From contig CAWVRN010000019.1 in the NCBI GenBank assembly GCA_963932905.1, positions 1-64,000 on the forward strand: 64,000 bases of DNA. Reading direction: 5' to 3'. The number at the start of each line of letters is the position of its first letter. Position 1 is the stretch's first letter. The translations under genes were made by a program, and so were the position numbers. The notes below the pieces were generated by a model, which saw nothing but the letters and a program-made list of their open reading frames with translations, did no database searches and had not been told where the DNA came from. This document shows, piece after piece, positions 27,927 to 39,200 of the stretch. Origin of the DNA: an uncultured Bdellovibrio sp. GTDB taxonomy: Bacteria > Bdellovibrionota > Bdellovibrionia > Bdellovibrionales > Bdellovibrionaceae.

Positions 27927-29361
27927 AAAATTTGAAGCACGCACGATGAAAGACGCTTTGGAGATGGTCAAGAAGCAACTTGGACCAGACGCGATCATTT
28001 TAGCGGCCAAAGATAACAGCAACAAATACGGGTTGGTTGGCGAAAGCAGTTTTGAAATTACGGCCGCCGTTAGCGAAGAAACGCTTCATAAAAAGAAGTT
28101 TGTTGAATCACGTATGGCTGAAAACGATAAGCAACAATTTCAAAATAGTTCAGCACGCACACAAAAAGAAATTATTTCTAAATTTGTAACTCGTCATACA
28201 ACGCCAGTAACTAAACCAGTTACGACACAAAAATACATCGACATCAATGACGAGAAAAATGCGGCCGAAGAGCGCATTAAAAATGCAGTTCAGCGTGCCT
28301 TCGACGCGGGTACTTTGTTGAATGATCGCGCGAACACGACGCCAAAGCAGCAGCAATCGGCTAAACAAGCTCAAGTCAGAATGCAGGCAGAAGTTAAGCA
28401 CCAAGTAGAAACCCAAATGCAGGCTCAGTCCGATAGTGAATTAAATTCGCTGCGCTCTGAAATCGCATCACTTAAAGCCATGATCAAAAGTATTCATGCT
28501 GCGCCAACGGAATCGCGCCCACAATCGCATTATCCGGGTGAAAACTACGGAATTCATTTCGAACTTTCGTCACAGTTTCAAGGTCTGGTTAAAGAAGGAA
28601 TTTTAGAAGAGCTTGCGGCTGAGATGATCTTAGAACTGCAAAATCAAGTTCCAGTGACGCGTTTAAAAAATAAACCTCTTGTAGAAGGCTTTCTTGCGAA
28701 AAGAATTTTGGAAGATATCGTTATCTCTAGCGGCGAACAAAAGAAGTTTCACTTTTTTGTGGGCCCTAGTGGAGGCGGTAAAACGTCATCGATCATCAAA
28801 ATGGCTTCTCAGTTAATTGTTCGTGAAAATAAGAAAGTAGCTCTTTTAACTTTGGACACTCAGAAGGTGGGTGCGGTTGAACAATTAAGAATTTATTCGC
28901 AAATCTTAAATGTGCCTTTTGCGGTTATCCGTGGTCGCCAAGATTGGAAAGAGATTTTGAAATTCATTAATTCCATCGATTACATTTTGATCGACACACC
29001 GGGAAGCAATTTAAAAACGCAAGAAGAAGTGTCTTTTTTTGAAAGCATGATCTTGAAAGAGATCCCTTCGAAAAGCGTTCATTTAGTATTGTCTGCCCGA
29101 AATAAGTACGATGACCTTCAGGGCGTCCTAAATAATTTTGCGACTCTAAATGTAACGGACGTTATTTTCAATCATCTGGATGAAACAGTTCAGAATGGTA
29201 ACGTATATAGTTTCAATAAGATAAATAAAATCCCGCTTTTTGCATTTGGTATCGGACAAAGAATCCCCGAAGATTTCGAATACGCTACAAAAGAACGATT
29301 AGTCGATTTGATTTTCCATATCACTCAAAAGAATAACACTAATAATGAGGCTTCAATATGA
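27916..29361 (+). CDS. flhF: Flagellar SRP-like GTPase FlhF
   Basis: VKKQLGPDAIIL N-terminus, GPSGGGKTS, GAVEQL, DTPG, GQRIPED. Confidence 0.93.
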   Translation: MQVRKFEARTMKDALEMVKKQLGPDAIILAAKDNSNKYGLVGESSFEITAAVSEETLHKKKFVESRMAENDKQQFQNSSARTQKEIISKFVTRHTTPVTKPVTTQKYIDINDEKNAAEERIKNAVQRAFDAGTLLNDRANTTPKQQQSAKQAQVRMQAEVKHQVETQMQAQSDSELNSLRSEIASLKAMIKSIHAAPTESRPQSHYPGENYGIHFELSSQFQGLVKEGILEELAAEMILELQNQVPVTRLKNKPLVEGFLAKRILEDIVISSGEQKKFHFFVGPSGGGKTSSIIKMASQLIVRENKKVALLTLDTQKVGAVEQLRIYSQILNVPFAVIRGRQDWKEILKFINSIDYILIDTPGSNLKTQEEVSFFESMILKEIPSKSVHLVLSARNKYDDLQGVLNNFATLNVTDVIFNHLDETVQNGNVYSFNKINKIPLFAFGIGQRIPEDFEYATKERLVDLIFHITQKNNTNNEASI

Positions 29362-30176
29362 GTTTCCACTATCCTACTAAAACCATCAGCGTAACTTCCG
29401 GCAAAGGCGGCGTCGGCAAGACAACTTTAGCGTGCAATTTGGCCTATAAGCTATCTCGCTTTGATAAGAAAGTTCTTATTTTTGATGCGGATTTAGGCAT
29501 GTCTAATGTAGATATCTTTTTCGGTACACGGGCAGAAACAACTATATATGATGTTCTTTCCGGAAAGAAAACTATTGAAGAAGCATTGGTCCGCTTAGAT
29601 AGCAATTTGTATTTAATTTCTGGTGGGCATGGTATCGATCAAATGCAGAACTTGGATGCCTACGCTAGAAGAACGGTAGTTGATTCTTTAAAAGAATTGC
29701 CGATTTCATTTGATTACATGGTGATAGATACATCGCCGGGTATTTCACAGAACGTTCTACATATGAATGCGGCAGCGAAAAACAACATCGTAATGATTAC
29801 GGCAGATCCTTCTAGTTTCGCTGATTCCTATGCGTTAATTAAAGTTTTAAATCAAAAATACAAAGTGAATCGTTTCTCGATTGTTTCAAACTGCGTGAAG
29901 AACCAGGAAGATGGTTTCTACTTGTTTAAGCGATTTCAGGACGTCGTACAAAAGTTTCTATTCGTAAGTCTAGACTATCTAGGTGCCGTTCCGCAGGACT
30001 CGCAATTGAAGTCTGCGAATATTAACAAGCGTATCATTCTGAAACAGGACCCTACGTCAGATGCAGCTATTGCGATTTCTCAAATTTCTTCTGAAATTTT
30101 AAAATCACAATATAAAATAAACTCCAGCGGGGGGCTTGAAATGTTCTGGGATAATCTGGCACGAGCAACGTCCTAA
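29358..30176 (+). CDS. flhG: MinD-like ATPase FlhG/FleN
   Basis: SGKGGVGKT, DADLG, DSYALIK; between flhF and fliA. Confidence 0.9.
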   Translation: MSFHYPTKTISVTSGKGGVGKTTLACNLAYKLSRFDKKVLIFDADLGMSNVDIFFGTRAETTIYDVLSGKKTIEEALVRLDSNLYLISGGHGIDQMQNLDAYARRTVVDSLKELPISFDYMVIDTSPGISQNVLHMNAAAKNNIVMITADPSSFADSYALIKVLNQKYKVNRFSIVSNCVKNQEDGFYLFKRFQDVVQKFLFVSLDYLGAVPQDSQLKSANINKRIILKQDPTSDAAIAISQISSEILKSQYKINSSGGLEMFWDNLARATS

Positions 30177-30256
30177 TTGTGAAAGTTGGACTTTTCCGAA
30201 CGCTGACATTTGTTACACTGATTAAGACACACGACAATCCATGGAAAGGGTACTGA

Positions 30257-31039
30257 GTGAAGAATTTAGCTTTGCTGAAGAAGTATAAAGAAGATCCTAA
30301 GCGTTTAACTCAGCAACAAAAAGACAGTTTAATTAAGGAGTACGCTCCGTTAATTAAATTCATCGCACAAAAAATTGCGTCTCGATTACCATCAAATATT
30401 GAACTTGATGATTTAATTTCTTCGGGTGTTATTGGTTTGATGGATGCGATTGATAAATACGATCCATCTCGCGATAATAAATTTAAAACCTATGCTGAAT
30501 TTCGCGTGCGTGGTGCGATTCTTGATGAATTGCGATCGCAAGACTGGGTGCCGCGTTCGATCCGTGACAAATCTAAAGTTTTAGATCGCACAATCGCCCA
30601 ATTAGAACAAGATTTAGGCCGGTCACCTACGGATGAAGAAATCGCAAAAACTTTGAACATCACTCAGGATGAATTTCATGATTTGGTAAATCAAGTTCGC
30701 CCAGTGAGTTTATTGTCAATTGACGATTCTCAGACTTTTAGTAATACGGATAAGAAATCCATTTTGAATCTACTTGAAGGTTCAAAATTAGCGAATCCAT
30801 ATAATCAATTAAACTTAAAAAAGGTAAAAGACATCGTTGCCAAAGCGATAGAAGATCTACCTGAACGTCAGCGTTTAGTTTTGTCACTATATTATTATGA
30901 AGATCTAAATTTGAAAGAGATTGGCCAAGTTTTAAAAGTTACTGAGAGTCGTGTTTCCCAATTGCATGCTCAAGCTGTAACTCGTCTGCGAGCTAAGTTG
31001 GCCGCTACGATTGGATCTGGCGAAATTGAACTTGTATAG
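30257..31039 (+). CDS. fliA: RNA polymerase sigma28 factor
   Basis: RVRGAILDELRSQDWVPRS, LYYYEDLNLKEIG, ESRVSQLH. Confidence 0.96.
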   Translation: MKNLALLKKYKEDPKRLTQQQKDSLIKEYAPLIKFIAQKIASRLPSNIELDDLISSGVIGLMDAIDKYDPSRDNKFKTYAEFRVRGAILDELRSQDWVPRSIRDKSKVLDRTIAQLEQDLGRSPTDEEIAKTLNITQDEFHDLVNQVRPVSLLSIDDSQTFSNTDKKSILNLLEGSKLANPYNQLNLKKVKDIVAKAIEDLPERQRLVLSLYYYEDLNLKEIGQVLKVTESRVSQLHAQAVTRLRAKLAATIGSGEIELV

Positions 31040-31045
31040 CAAGGT

Positions 31046-31687
31046 TTGGTATCTATGAGAGGTTTGTCTGCGTTTTTGGTTTCGAAGCTAGTATTTAGTT
31101 TTTTAACTGCAAATGCACAAACTGGCGCGCGAGCCCTTGCGGCAAAGGATTTAAAGTCGATCGATCAGGTCGCTCGAAAACAAGCCATTTCAACCTCGGG
31201 TGGAACAGGAAGTACCAAAGAGCGATGTATTCGTAAGCTAGAAGAGGGCAACGGCGAATACACGTACAAGTTTGTCAAAGGCTCATCTGATCAGTACGAA
31301 ATAGTCGAAATCCCTAAATCCATTGGTCGTAGTTCCTACATTCGATACTATGCAAGCAATGGCTATGCCGAAATCAACGCTGGTTCAGCCGCTTGTAATC
31401 ATGATTCAAAAAAAAAAGATGTTAAAGCAAAATTAATGGAAATTTTTAAAGCCACTGATGATAGTGTGGCCAAATTACAAGCCGAGACGGATAGAAGCAT
31501 TGCGAAACTTAACAGCGACGGTAGTAGTTACATCTCTGGACTGTCTACATTTAGAATAGTTTGTGCGGACGCATTTCCTGAAGTTAGCGAATACCTTGAG
31601 AAAAACAACAAACTTCCTGTTAGCATACGTACAACTGGCAAAGGTGCCGCGGAAGTTGATAAAAAACCAACAGATCAAACTAAGTGA
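31046..31687 (+). CDS. Hypothetical secreted protein
   Basis: 213-aa ORF with a signal-like N-terminus (ANA|Q); start may be ATG 31055. Confidence 0.6.
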   Translation: MVSMRGLSAFLVSKLVFSFLTANAQTGARALAAKDLKSIDQVARKQAISTSGGTGSTKERCIRKLEEGNGEYTYKFVKGSSDQYEIVEIPKSIGRSSYIRYYASNGYAEINAGSAACNHDSKKKDVKAKLMEIFKATDDSVAKLQAETDRSIAKLNSDGSSYISGLSTFRIVCADAFPEVSEYLEKNNKLPVSIRTTGKGAAEVDKKPTDQTK

Positions 31688-32030
31688 CGGGCGTAGTCGC
31701 TAACGTTTTCGCGCCACCAGCTACATAAAACGAATTAATATAGCCAGTCGATTCCAACTCGCTGGCTATTTTTTTTGAATCTTCACCTGAATCACAAATA
31801 ATCACGATAGGTGCATCTTTAGGCAATGACTGAAATTTTTCAGTGGATTGGTAATCAGCGGCCGTTGTTTTCAAAATTAGATTTTTAAAAAAATTTAAAT
31901 AGTAAGGATTCAAGTGTTCGAACGGAGCCGTTAAGTTTCCTTGAGTCGTTAAATCTAGCAAAGTAAATGGAACGCGCTGTAGAACTAAGTTTTCGATTTG
32001 GTAGATTCCGATCTGATTAATGGATTCCAC
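31680..32030 (-). CDS. Rhodanese-like domain protein
   Basis: LPKDAPIVIICDSGEDS...GYINSFYVAGG. Confidence 0.8.
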   Translation of the reverse strand: MESINQIGIYQIENLVLQRVPFTLLDLTTQGNLTAPFEHLNPYYLNFFKNLILKTTAADYQSTEKFQSLPKDAPIVIICDSGEDSKKIASELESTGYINSFYVAGGAKTLATTPVT

Positions 32031-33243
32031 TGGTTTTTCCTTTGTTTGGGATGTGCTGATTTAGCACGATCACAATAAGAAAAGCAATAAACCCTAACAA
32101 ACCGGATAAAACAAACGGACTTTGTATAAAAAGTTTATTAAATACCAGGCCGCCAAGAGCCGGCCCCAGAATTCGTCCTAACGAGGAAAGACTTTGCGTG
32201 ACCCCAAGAGTGCTGCCTTGCTCGGTACTGTCAGTCAGGTTGCTAATAGAGCCCAATATCGAGGGATTAGACATACCATTTCCCAATGCCACCAATGTCA
32301 TAGCGATGGCCATTACCCAGATATTGGGAGCTAGCGGAATTAAAGTCATCCCCAAGAAAAATGAACCGGTTCCCAATTTTAAAACTAAGCGTTCGCCCCA
32401 TTTAGGAAGGAATTTGCGAATCAGGTAACCTTGAGTGAAAACGATGATGACTCCGATATAAGCGAAGCCATAGCTGACTTCCTTGATACCCCAGGAAAAT
32501 ACTTCACCCATATACAATACCAACGTGGCTTCCATCGCCGACATCGAAAATGATAGCAAAAAGAAAGCGACCGTTAAATGGCTAACAATTGGAATTTTTA
32601 GTTTTTCAAAAATAATTAGAAAGCGACTTTTTGATGACCGAGGTGGCGCTTTGGTAGTTAAGCTTTCTTTTAGGAAGAAGTAGCCAAAAATAAATGTGAA
32701 AAAACATAAACCCGACACCACGTAAGACGCGAAAGACGTATTAAAAAATGGCTCTGTAGATATGTGTTTTGAATATTCGGTCAACAAACCACCAATAGCG
32801 GGCCCAAACACAAAGCCTAAACCAAACGCGGCACCAATAAGGGCCATGCCCTTTGATCGTTGATCAGCGGGAGTGATATCAGAAATATAGGCAGAGGCGG
32901 TGGAAATACTGCCGCCAAAGAATCCAGCCAGCATTCGAGCGATAAACAACATTTGTAAATCACGACTTACGGCAAATAAAATATAGGAGAAGGTCTCGCC
33001 TAAAAGACAGGAAAGTAGGATGGGTTTTCGACCATAGCGATCACTGAGTCGCCCCCAAAAAGGCGAAAACATAAACTGCATCAGTGAATAGACGGACATT
33101 AAAAGCCCGGTCTCTGTAGCGGTTGCGCCGAAATCTCGACTAAGGATGGGGAGAATAGGAATGATGATTCCAAAGCCTAAAAGATAAATGAATACCGTTA
33201 AGAAAATCAGAATGAGTTGAGTTTTTCTTTTTGAAGAGGACAT
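32017..33243 (-). CDS. MFS transporter, TetA/DHA1-like
   Basis: WGRLSDRYGRKP motif A; GAAFGLGFVFGPAIGG motif C; start set at ATG 33243 (GAGG upstream). Confidence 0.9.
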   Translation of the reverse strand: MSSSKRKTQLILIFLTVFIYLLGFGIIIPILPILSRDFGATATETGLLMSVYSLMQFMFSPFWGRLSDRYGRKPILLSCLLGETFSYILFAVSRDLQMLFIARMLAGFFGGSISTASAYISDITPADQRSKGMALIGAAFGLGFVFGPAIGGLLTEYSKHISTEPFFNTSFASYVVSGLCFFTFIFGYFFLKESLTTKAPPRSSKSRFLIIFEKLKIPIVSHLTVAFFLLSFSMSAMEATLVLYMGEVFSWGIKEVSYGFAYIGVIIVFTQGYLIRKFLPKWGERLVLKLGTGSFFLGMTLIPLAPNIWVMAIAMTLVALGNGMSNPSILGSISNLTDSTEQGSTLGVTQSLSSLGRILGPALGGLVFNKLFIQSPFVLSGLLGFIAFLIVIVLNQHIPNKGKTSGIH

Positions 33244-33283
33244 TTGCTTTACCTCTTCAGTGTTGTTGGTCATAATATCCTTA

Positions 33284-34417
33284 ATGAACCATTCAAGTTT
33301 TGTAAAAAATCTGGCACTGCCGTTAGGGCTACTTCTGTGTTTAATATCTCAGAACGGGTATAGTTTCAATAAACTTAAAACATATGAACCAAGAACCTTT
33401 GAAATGTCGGGTGGCGCTACTTATTTTGAAACAACCTCGAATTTCAACGATGTGGGGACTAAGGTAAATTTAATCAGCTCAAATAAGTACAGCTTACTGG
33501 ATATGTTCCTTGAATCTAGGTATGTTTTTCGTGATTTTTGGTCCGTCCGCGCTAAAGCCTTTATCAGTAATGCGGAAAGTAAAAGCACAGATTTTAATCG
33601 AACTAATTCAACACTGAATACTTTGGAAGTCAGCGGTGATTGGATGGTCTATCGCGGTTTTATGGATGTTATCCCTGAACTAACGATGCGTTACTCGTTG
33701 GATCAAATTTCTAACACTCAAGATGCCGTTCTTACCAGCGAAGGGATCTTAGAAATTATCGCTTTGCTGAAAGTTCAAAATAATTACCAGTGGTTTTCCT
33801 ACTACGCGGGTGGTGGTTATAATTTCCGCAATGAACGATCTAGCGTAATGCCTTGGTATCTGGGCGGGGGCGTGCAATGGAAGCACTCGTTTTTGGGCTT
33901 GGAATTAAATGGTTTTCAGACCATCACGGACGATAGCGATAAAGGTGGCACGAACGAGGCTATCCGCAACACACTGATTCAACGTGTAGATGGCGGTAGT
34001 TATAAATTCTATACAGTGAATCCGTCTCATATCCAAGTTCAAGCCAATTTAGACATCGGTTTTTCAAGTGGATTTGTTGTTAAGTCCTACATAGCTAATT
34101 CCATTTCTGGGCAGAACTATGCTAACGGTATGACTGTCGGTATCGCCATGAATTTGTTATTCGATACTTTTATGAACAATCCACACAAAGAATCAATACC
34201 AGTTAAACAAGCTGAGCCAACAAAACAGGAAGAAAATTACCAAATTCAAACCCAAGATGGGGTTGATCAAAAGTTGTTTGAAAAAGAACCAGAAATTCCT
34301 GTAGCACCAGTTAAGAAGTATAATAAAGTCCCTAGCGACGACGATATCCAAGACCAGTTGGATCAAGCCGAAATGTCGATCAAGTTAAAAGCGAAAAAAC
34401 GTAAAAAGAAAAAATAG
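33284..34417 (+). CDS. Hypothetical exported protein, probable beta-barrel with a charged C-terminal tail
   Basis: Signal peptide, amphipathic strands, acidic then basic tail; start moved to ATG 33284 to avoid head-to-head overlap. Confidence 0.6.
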   Translation: MNHSSFVKNLALPLGLLLCLISQNGYSFNKLKTYEPRTFEMSGGATYFETTSNFNDVGTKVNLISSNKYSLLDMFLESRYVFRDFWSVRAKAFISNAESKSTDFNRTNSTLNTLEVSGDWMVYRGFMDVIPELTMRYSLDQISNTQDAVLTSEGILEIIALLKVQNNYQWFSYYAGGGYNFRNERSSVMPWYLGGGVQWKHSFLGLELNGFQTITDDSDKGGTNEAIRNTLIQRVDGGSYKFYTVNPSHIQVQANLDIGFSSGFVVKSYIANSISGQNYANGMTVGIAMNLLFDTFMNNPHKESIPVKQAEPTKQEENYQIQTQDGVDQKLFEKEPEIPVAPVKKYNKVPSDDDIQDQLDQAEMSIKLKAKKRKKKK

Positions 34418-34571
34418 CATTTCACAAGGTCAAAAAAAGTCACATCTGCGGTGTTCAATAGTGGCTTTGTGTCTAAACCAAAGACAGTCATACGCTTTCT
34501 ATTAAGGATTCTTATGGATCTGTAATTGCAATCCTATCCTACGCTGATCTATCCTTAAAAAGAGAGTTGTT

Positions 34572-34757
34572 ATGAGTATATCACAAGAAGTTTGGACTTA
34601 TGCTTCCCAAATGCATTTAGGTGAAGTACCCAGAATTCAACATTTCTACAAACATGGTTTTGTCGGTTACTACGAACCATTAGCCTGCGGTAAGTGCGCG
34701 AAACCTGATGCCGTACAATTTGAAGCCGCATTATTAAAACGCATCATTAATAGATAG
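34572..34757 (+). CDS. Small hypothetical protein (61 aa, CxxC)
   Basis: ATG with purine-rich upstream sequence; ends 12 nt before the PLD gene; ACGKCA. Confidence 0.4.
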   Translation: MSISQEVWTYASQMHLGEVPRIQHFYKHGFVGYYEPLACGKCAKPDAVQFEAALLKRIINR

Positions 34758-34769
34758 CCCGGAGACACT

Positions 34770-36212
34770 ATGAAAAAGCTGTTTTCGTATATCTTAGCGA
34801 TTACTTTATTTGTATCTACGCGTTCATTCGCGTCTGATCCCGGTGAAGTTAATTACGTTTCTTATCATTCGGCTCTTGAAAATTTAAACGACGGCCAAGA
34901 TTTAGTTCTACCCCTGTTTTCGCAGCGTGAATCCTATCAAAGTCGTATTGATTTAGCAATGAATCCTCAAAATAAACAATTAGATGTTATGACATTTACA
35001 TTGAATGAAGATTCAGTGGGCTTGACTCTTCTTGCTGCCGCTATTGATGTTGCAAAACGTGGCGGAACACCACGTATCGGGTTCGACGCCTTCTCATCAA
35101 AAATGAGTCCGGAACTTCAAGCCTACGTTCGCGAAAAAGGTGTTGATTTAAGGTCATTCCGTCCGCTCGGTTTTACTAAACGAAATATTTTGGCTTTTTT
35201 TGAGTTAGGTATTTTAGGTTTTGCTAAATTTTTAAATATGCGAACTCATGACAAGGTTTACATCACTGAACACGGAACTGTCGTCGGGTCATCTAACTAC
35301 TCAAAATATTATTACATGTTAGGCAAACTAGAAAATCCAAATAAAAAAGAACGTCATGACATGTGGTCGTTTTTGGATCGCGAAGTTATGATTCAAGGGC
35401 CTGCTGAAAAAGTGGCTCGTCAAAAATTTGAAGAAAAGTGGGCCGACACAAAATCTTGGTCAACGGGTACTCCAGTAAAGTTGACTGATGAAATCAGAGC
35501 TAAATATGATGCGCTGATTGCAAAGCAGATGCAGTTCGTCTCCAGTGTTCACAATACAAAGAAAATGAACAGTTTCGTTTCTGTTAAATATTTAAGGTAT
35601 ATTACTGATGCTGTTGGGGAACAAACTAAAAAGAAAATCATTCATCACCATATATTGAACATGATTAAAAATGCAAAGCATGACATTGTTATCGAAAATC
35701 CGTATGTACTATTACCTTACGATATGATGAGAGAATTAAAAGCGGCAAAAGCTCGCGGTGTTCGCGTTAGAATCTTCACAAATAAAGCTGAAGGTTCCGA
35801 TGAAGGCGACGTTTCAAAGCAGTTTAAAATTGATATGCGTCAGCTTGAAAATACTGGCTTTGAAGTGTACTTAAATGATCACTTTTATATTTTCCACGGC
35901 AAAGTTGTCGTTGTCGATAATCAAGATATTTATTGGGGGTCTTACAATTTCGATCCGCGCTCTAGAAACTTTAATTCAGAGAATGGCATTTTCTTTACAA
36001 GTTTAGAGGTGGCTGGCCAAATTATACGTCGTACAGCAACAGGTATCTTTGTCCCAATTGATATCGAAGGACAGGGATCTAAGTCGTATGCTGTGAAATA
36101 TTTAGCTAGGACTTGTGCCGAGGTCTATAAAAAACAACGCGTGGAAACGATTCACTTGGAAACAAGTATGTGGAGTCGCTTGTTGATGCGTATGAAGAAA
36201 CCACTACTTTAG
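34770..36212 (+). CDS. Secreted phospholipase D superfamily protein (two HKD motifs)
   Basis: Signal peptide (SFA|S); RTHDKVYITE...VVGSSN; FHGKVVVVD...WGSYNFDPRS. Confidence 0.88.
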   Translation: MKKLFSYILAITLFVSTRSFASDPGEVNYVSYHSALENLNDGQDLVLPLFSQRESYQSRIDLAMNPQNKQLDVMTFTLNEDSVGLTLLAAAIDVAKRGGTPRIGFDAFSSKMSPELQAYVREKGVDLRSFRPLGFTKRNILAFFELGILGFAKFLNMRTHDKVYITEHGTVVGSSNYSKYYYMLGKLENPNKKERHDMWSFLDREVMIQGPAEKVARQKFEEKWADTKSWSTGTPVKLTDEIRAKYDALIAKQMQFVSSVHNTKKMNSFVSVKYLRYITDAVGEQTKKKIIHHHILNMIKNAKHDIVIENPYVLLPYDMMRELKAAKARGVRVRIFTNKAEGSDEGDVSKQFKIDMRQLENTGFEVYLNDHFYIFHGKVVVVDNQDIYWGSYNFDPRSRNFNSENGIFFTSLEVAGQIIRRTATGIFVPIDIEGQGSKSYAVKYLARTCAEVYKKQRVETIHLETSMWSRLLMRMKKPLL

Positions 36213-36272
36213 TTTTGTCGTTTGTTTCTGGATGTGTTTTTTCGTAGTTTATTACTGTAACATTTAATAACT

Positions 36273-39200
36273 ATGAAAAAACATTTTTCTTTACTATTAG
36301 TGCCTATCTATTTGGTTTCTTGTGTTTCTAACCCAGTGGCTCAGTCTCCACGAGAAACACCGACAGTTAACCTGATTACAAACAATGATAACATTGAGTT
36401 TGAATTTTTAAGACTCAGTGACTGTGCGGAAAAGAACGCGAACCGATCTCCTTCGGCACAAACCAAATGTCTAAATTTTTATGAAGTGAACGCCGTAGCG
36501 CCCACCAAGAAAGAAGTGGACGTAATTTCTGAAATTGCCGGGAAAACCCGGGTGATTGAACAATTTGGCCAGACAGAAAATTTGGGATTGTGGGCGATGT
36601 ATTTTGGATCGGGCCGGGTTCGCGATATGATCAAAGGTGATTCGGCAACGTCAATTCACCCTGTGGAATTCATTTCTGAAAAGCAAATTAAATCTATTTC
36701 GGCGGCGTGGAGAACGCTGCGTGATATTCCCGATAACAAATTCACTTTAAGCCAAGAATTGGTTTTAGATGTAAACCGACTTTTAATGGGTGACGTCGAA
36801 ACCTCGGTTATCCAGGATTTAAATTCTAGAATCACGGATGAAACGCAGAAGGCAACCGGTTTGAAACGGATGGCTGCCAATATTTCTAACTATTTCAAAT
36901 CGGCGCCTGGTTTTAGAACCAAAGGCAAACGTGAAGAGTTCGAACAGGTTAAAGATGCAGATTTTGCAATTTATAAAGCTAATGCTGAAGCTGTTGGTGG
37001 TCGTGTTATAGAAGCGGCTGATTCCGTTGCCGACGCCCGAGTATTTACTGTGGAAGCACCTAAAGGCCAAGCGGCTCAAATCGCATTGGGTCGTGTTCTT
37101 GAAGAGACCAACAGAAAAATTGAAAATGCCGATTCGGCTTCTTATGCAGAAAAAGTGGCGATTGCGGCGGACCTTCATTTAAAACTGGCGGCGTTAAAAC
37201 CGATGAATAAATTAAACGATTTAACCGTTCAGATGGTTGTCAACCGCGCATTGATTCAAATGGGATTGGATCCGGCTGTTCAAGTGCCAGTAGATCTTTC
37301 AATGAGTCGGGAAAAAGTGGCTGAATTATATCGAGACGGAATCGTCGACTATCTTAGCTACACACAAAGAACATTCGATATTAAGTTGAACAAAGAAGGC
37401 GTAGTTGAAATCGCGAATGAAGCCGTAGCAATTACAGGTCGTGGTGCCGGTCTTCGTGTCAAAGTTTACGGTCGATACGCACATAAATATCCTAAAGCCG
37501 TAGCATTGATGCGTGATAAAGATAGAGTCACCCCACTTGACGGACGTATGCTTCAGTTGGGAAAAAATCGACGTACATTCGTTCTAAAGGATGACGGTTT
37601 TCTCTATGACGGTATTATTCCTCACACAGTCCGTGAAGAAAATGGGCAGTTGAAACTTTATCCGATTTCAGACATGGCCTACCGACTGCTTGGTTTAAAT
37701 GGTCAATTGACTGGTGAAGACAGTGTTCGTCGGGAAATCACAATTGAACATCAGGCACAGTTAAAGCAAAACTTGGCAGCCATTGAACGACTATTGCAAA
37801 ATAAAGTAAAACCAGAGGATTTCGAAATCGTCTATGATAAGAATACTTTGCAGGCGAACAAAACGGGTGGTTTGTATTTATACGAATGGCAAATTACAAG
37901 TTTAGAGCGAGCGGCAAAAATCAAAGAAGACCCAAAAGAAAATCCCTATGCGGTTTTGATCCCGTCACGCGGTGACCCGTTCAATTCTAGAATGGCCGGT
38001 CGTAGTTCGTTTGAACAAAATTATTTCAAAGGTTCTCGTGGTACAAAAATTGGTGATTTAATTGGGCAGTATGAACAAAGAGACTTAGATTACAATCAGC
38101 TGGCTCGTGAAGTTAAAAGAAATACATCGATTCCTGAGGCTCGTAAGGCAAAGATTTTAAAAGACATCATGGATTCTCGACGTAAATTGCATTTAGCCGC
38201 TCGTGAAATCTTGCGACCCTTGATGACTAAGTATCTTGAACTTTCATCCGTGGAAAAAGATAACTTACGCGATAACGCGACCTTTTATCAATTAGAAGAT
38301 TATTTACGTAATTTCTCTAAATTGTGGTTTGAATCGTTAGACCAGGCCATCGCAAAATTCGGTGATGATCACGTCTATGTACAACGTGTACAAACGGCGG
38401 GTTTAACCAATTTCCTTGGGTTCAGATCTCAGACAGAATTAGGTAATCACCCTCTGGCTGTAGTATTAACTTTAAATGGAATGTTGGTCCCCCAACTTCG
38501 TGAAATTTATGCAGCAATGAAATCACCACAAGAAGTAGATAGTGTAACTGAAGACGGAACCGTGAGCAAAATCGTAGCACAAAAAATTGCAGCGATCGCG
38601 AAAGGTAACAAAAAAATCGAAGCCATTCTGGCAAGTATCGTTCTTCGCATCTATTCTACGCGTGCCGCAGATATCCAAAGCATGCAAGAGTTTGAATCTG
38701 TATTCATGACTCATTATTTACATGCTGTGAATCGTGGAATGAAAGAAGGCATTTCGACAACCGCGGATCCAACCTATTTAGCGATGGTAAAAACATACGA
38801 ACAATACTCTAGTTTGAAAATCGATGACAGCTTGGTCGCATTCTTTAAAGAATTTAAAAAAGATTCAAAAGAACCAGCTGTCGAAGCTAAACAGTGGATT
38901 GAGGTCTTGGCTAAAAAGGAAAAGGAAAAAAAGTTACCACTTGATTACTATGAACTAGGTTGGATTGGCGCCTTTTCAAAAGAGTTCAACATACCGATGG
39001 GACAGCTAGTGGAGTTTGCAAAGAAAAACAAATCGAACAATGACAAATTCACAAGTCAAAGTGATGCGATTATATATGTACTGAGAATTCCAGTTGAAGA
39101 AATTGATTCCAACTATGCTTCTGGATATGCGGCTCAATTTGAAAACACAACTCGTCGTGGTTATGGTGTCATTCGATCTAAATGGGGTGTATTCCCTAGA

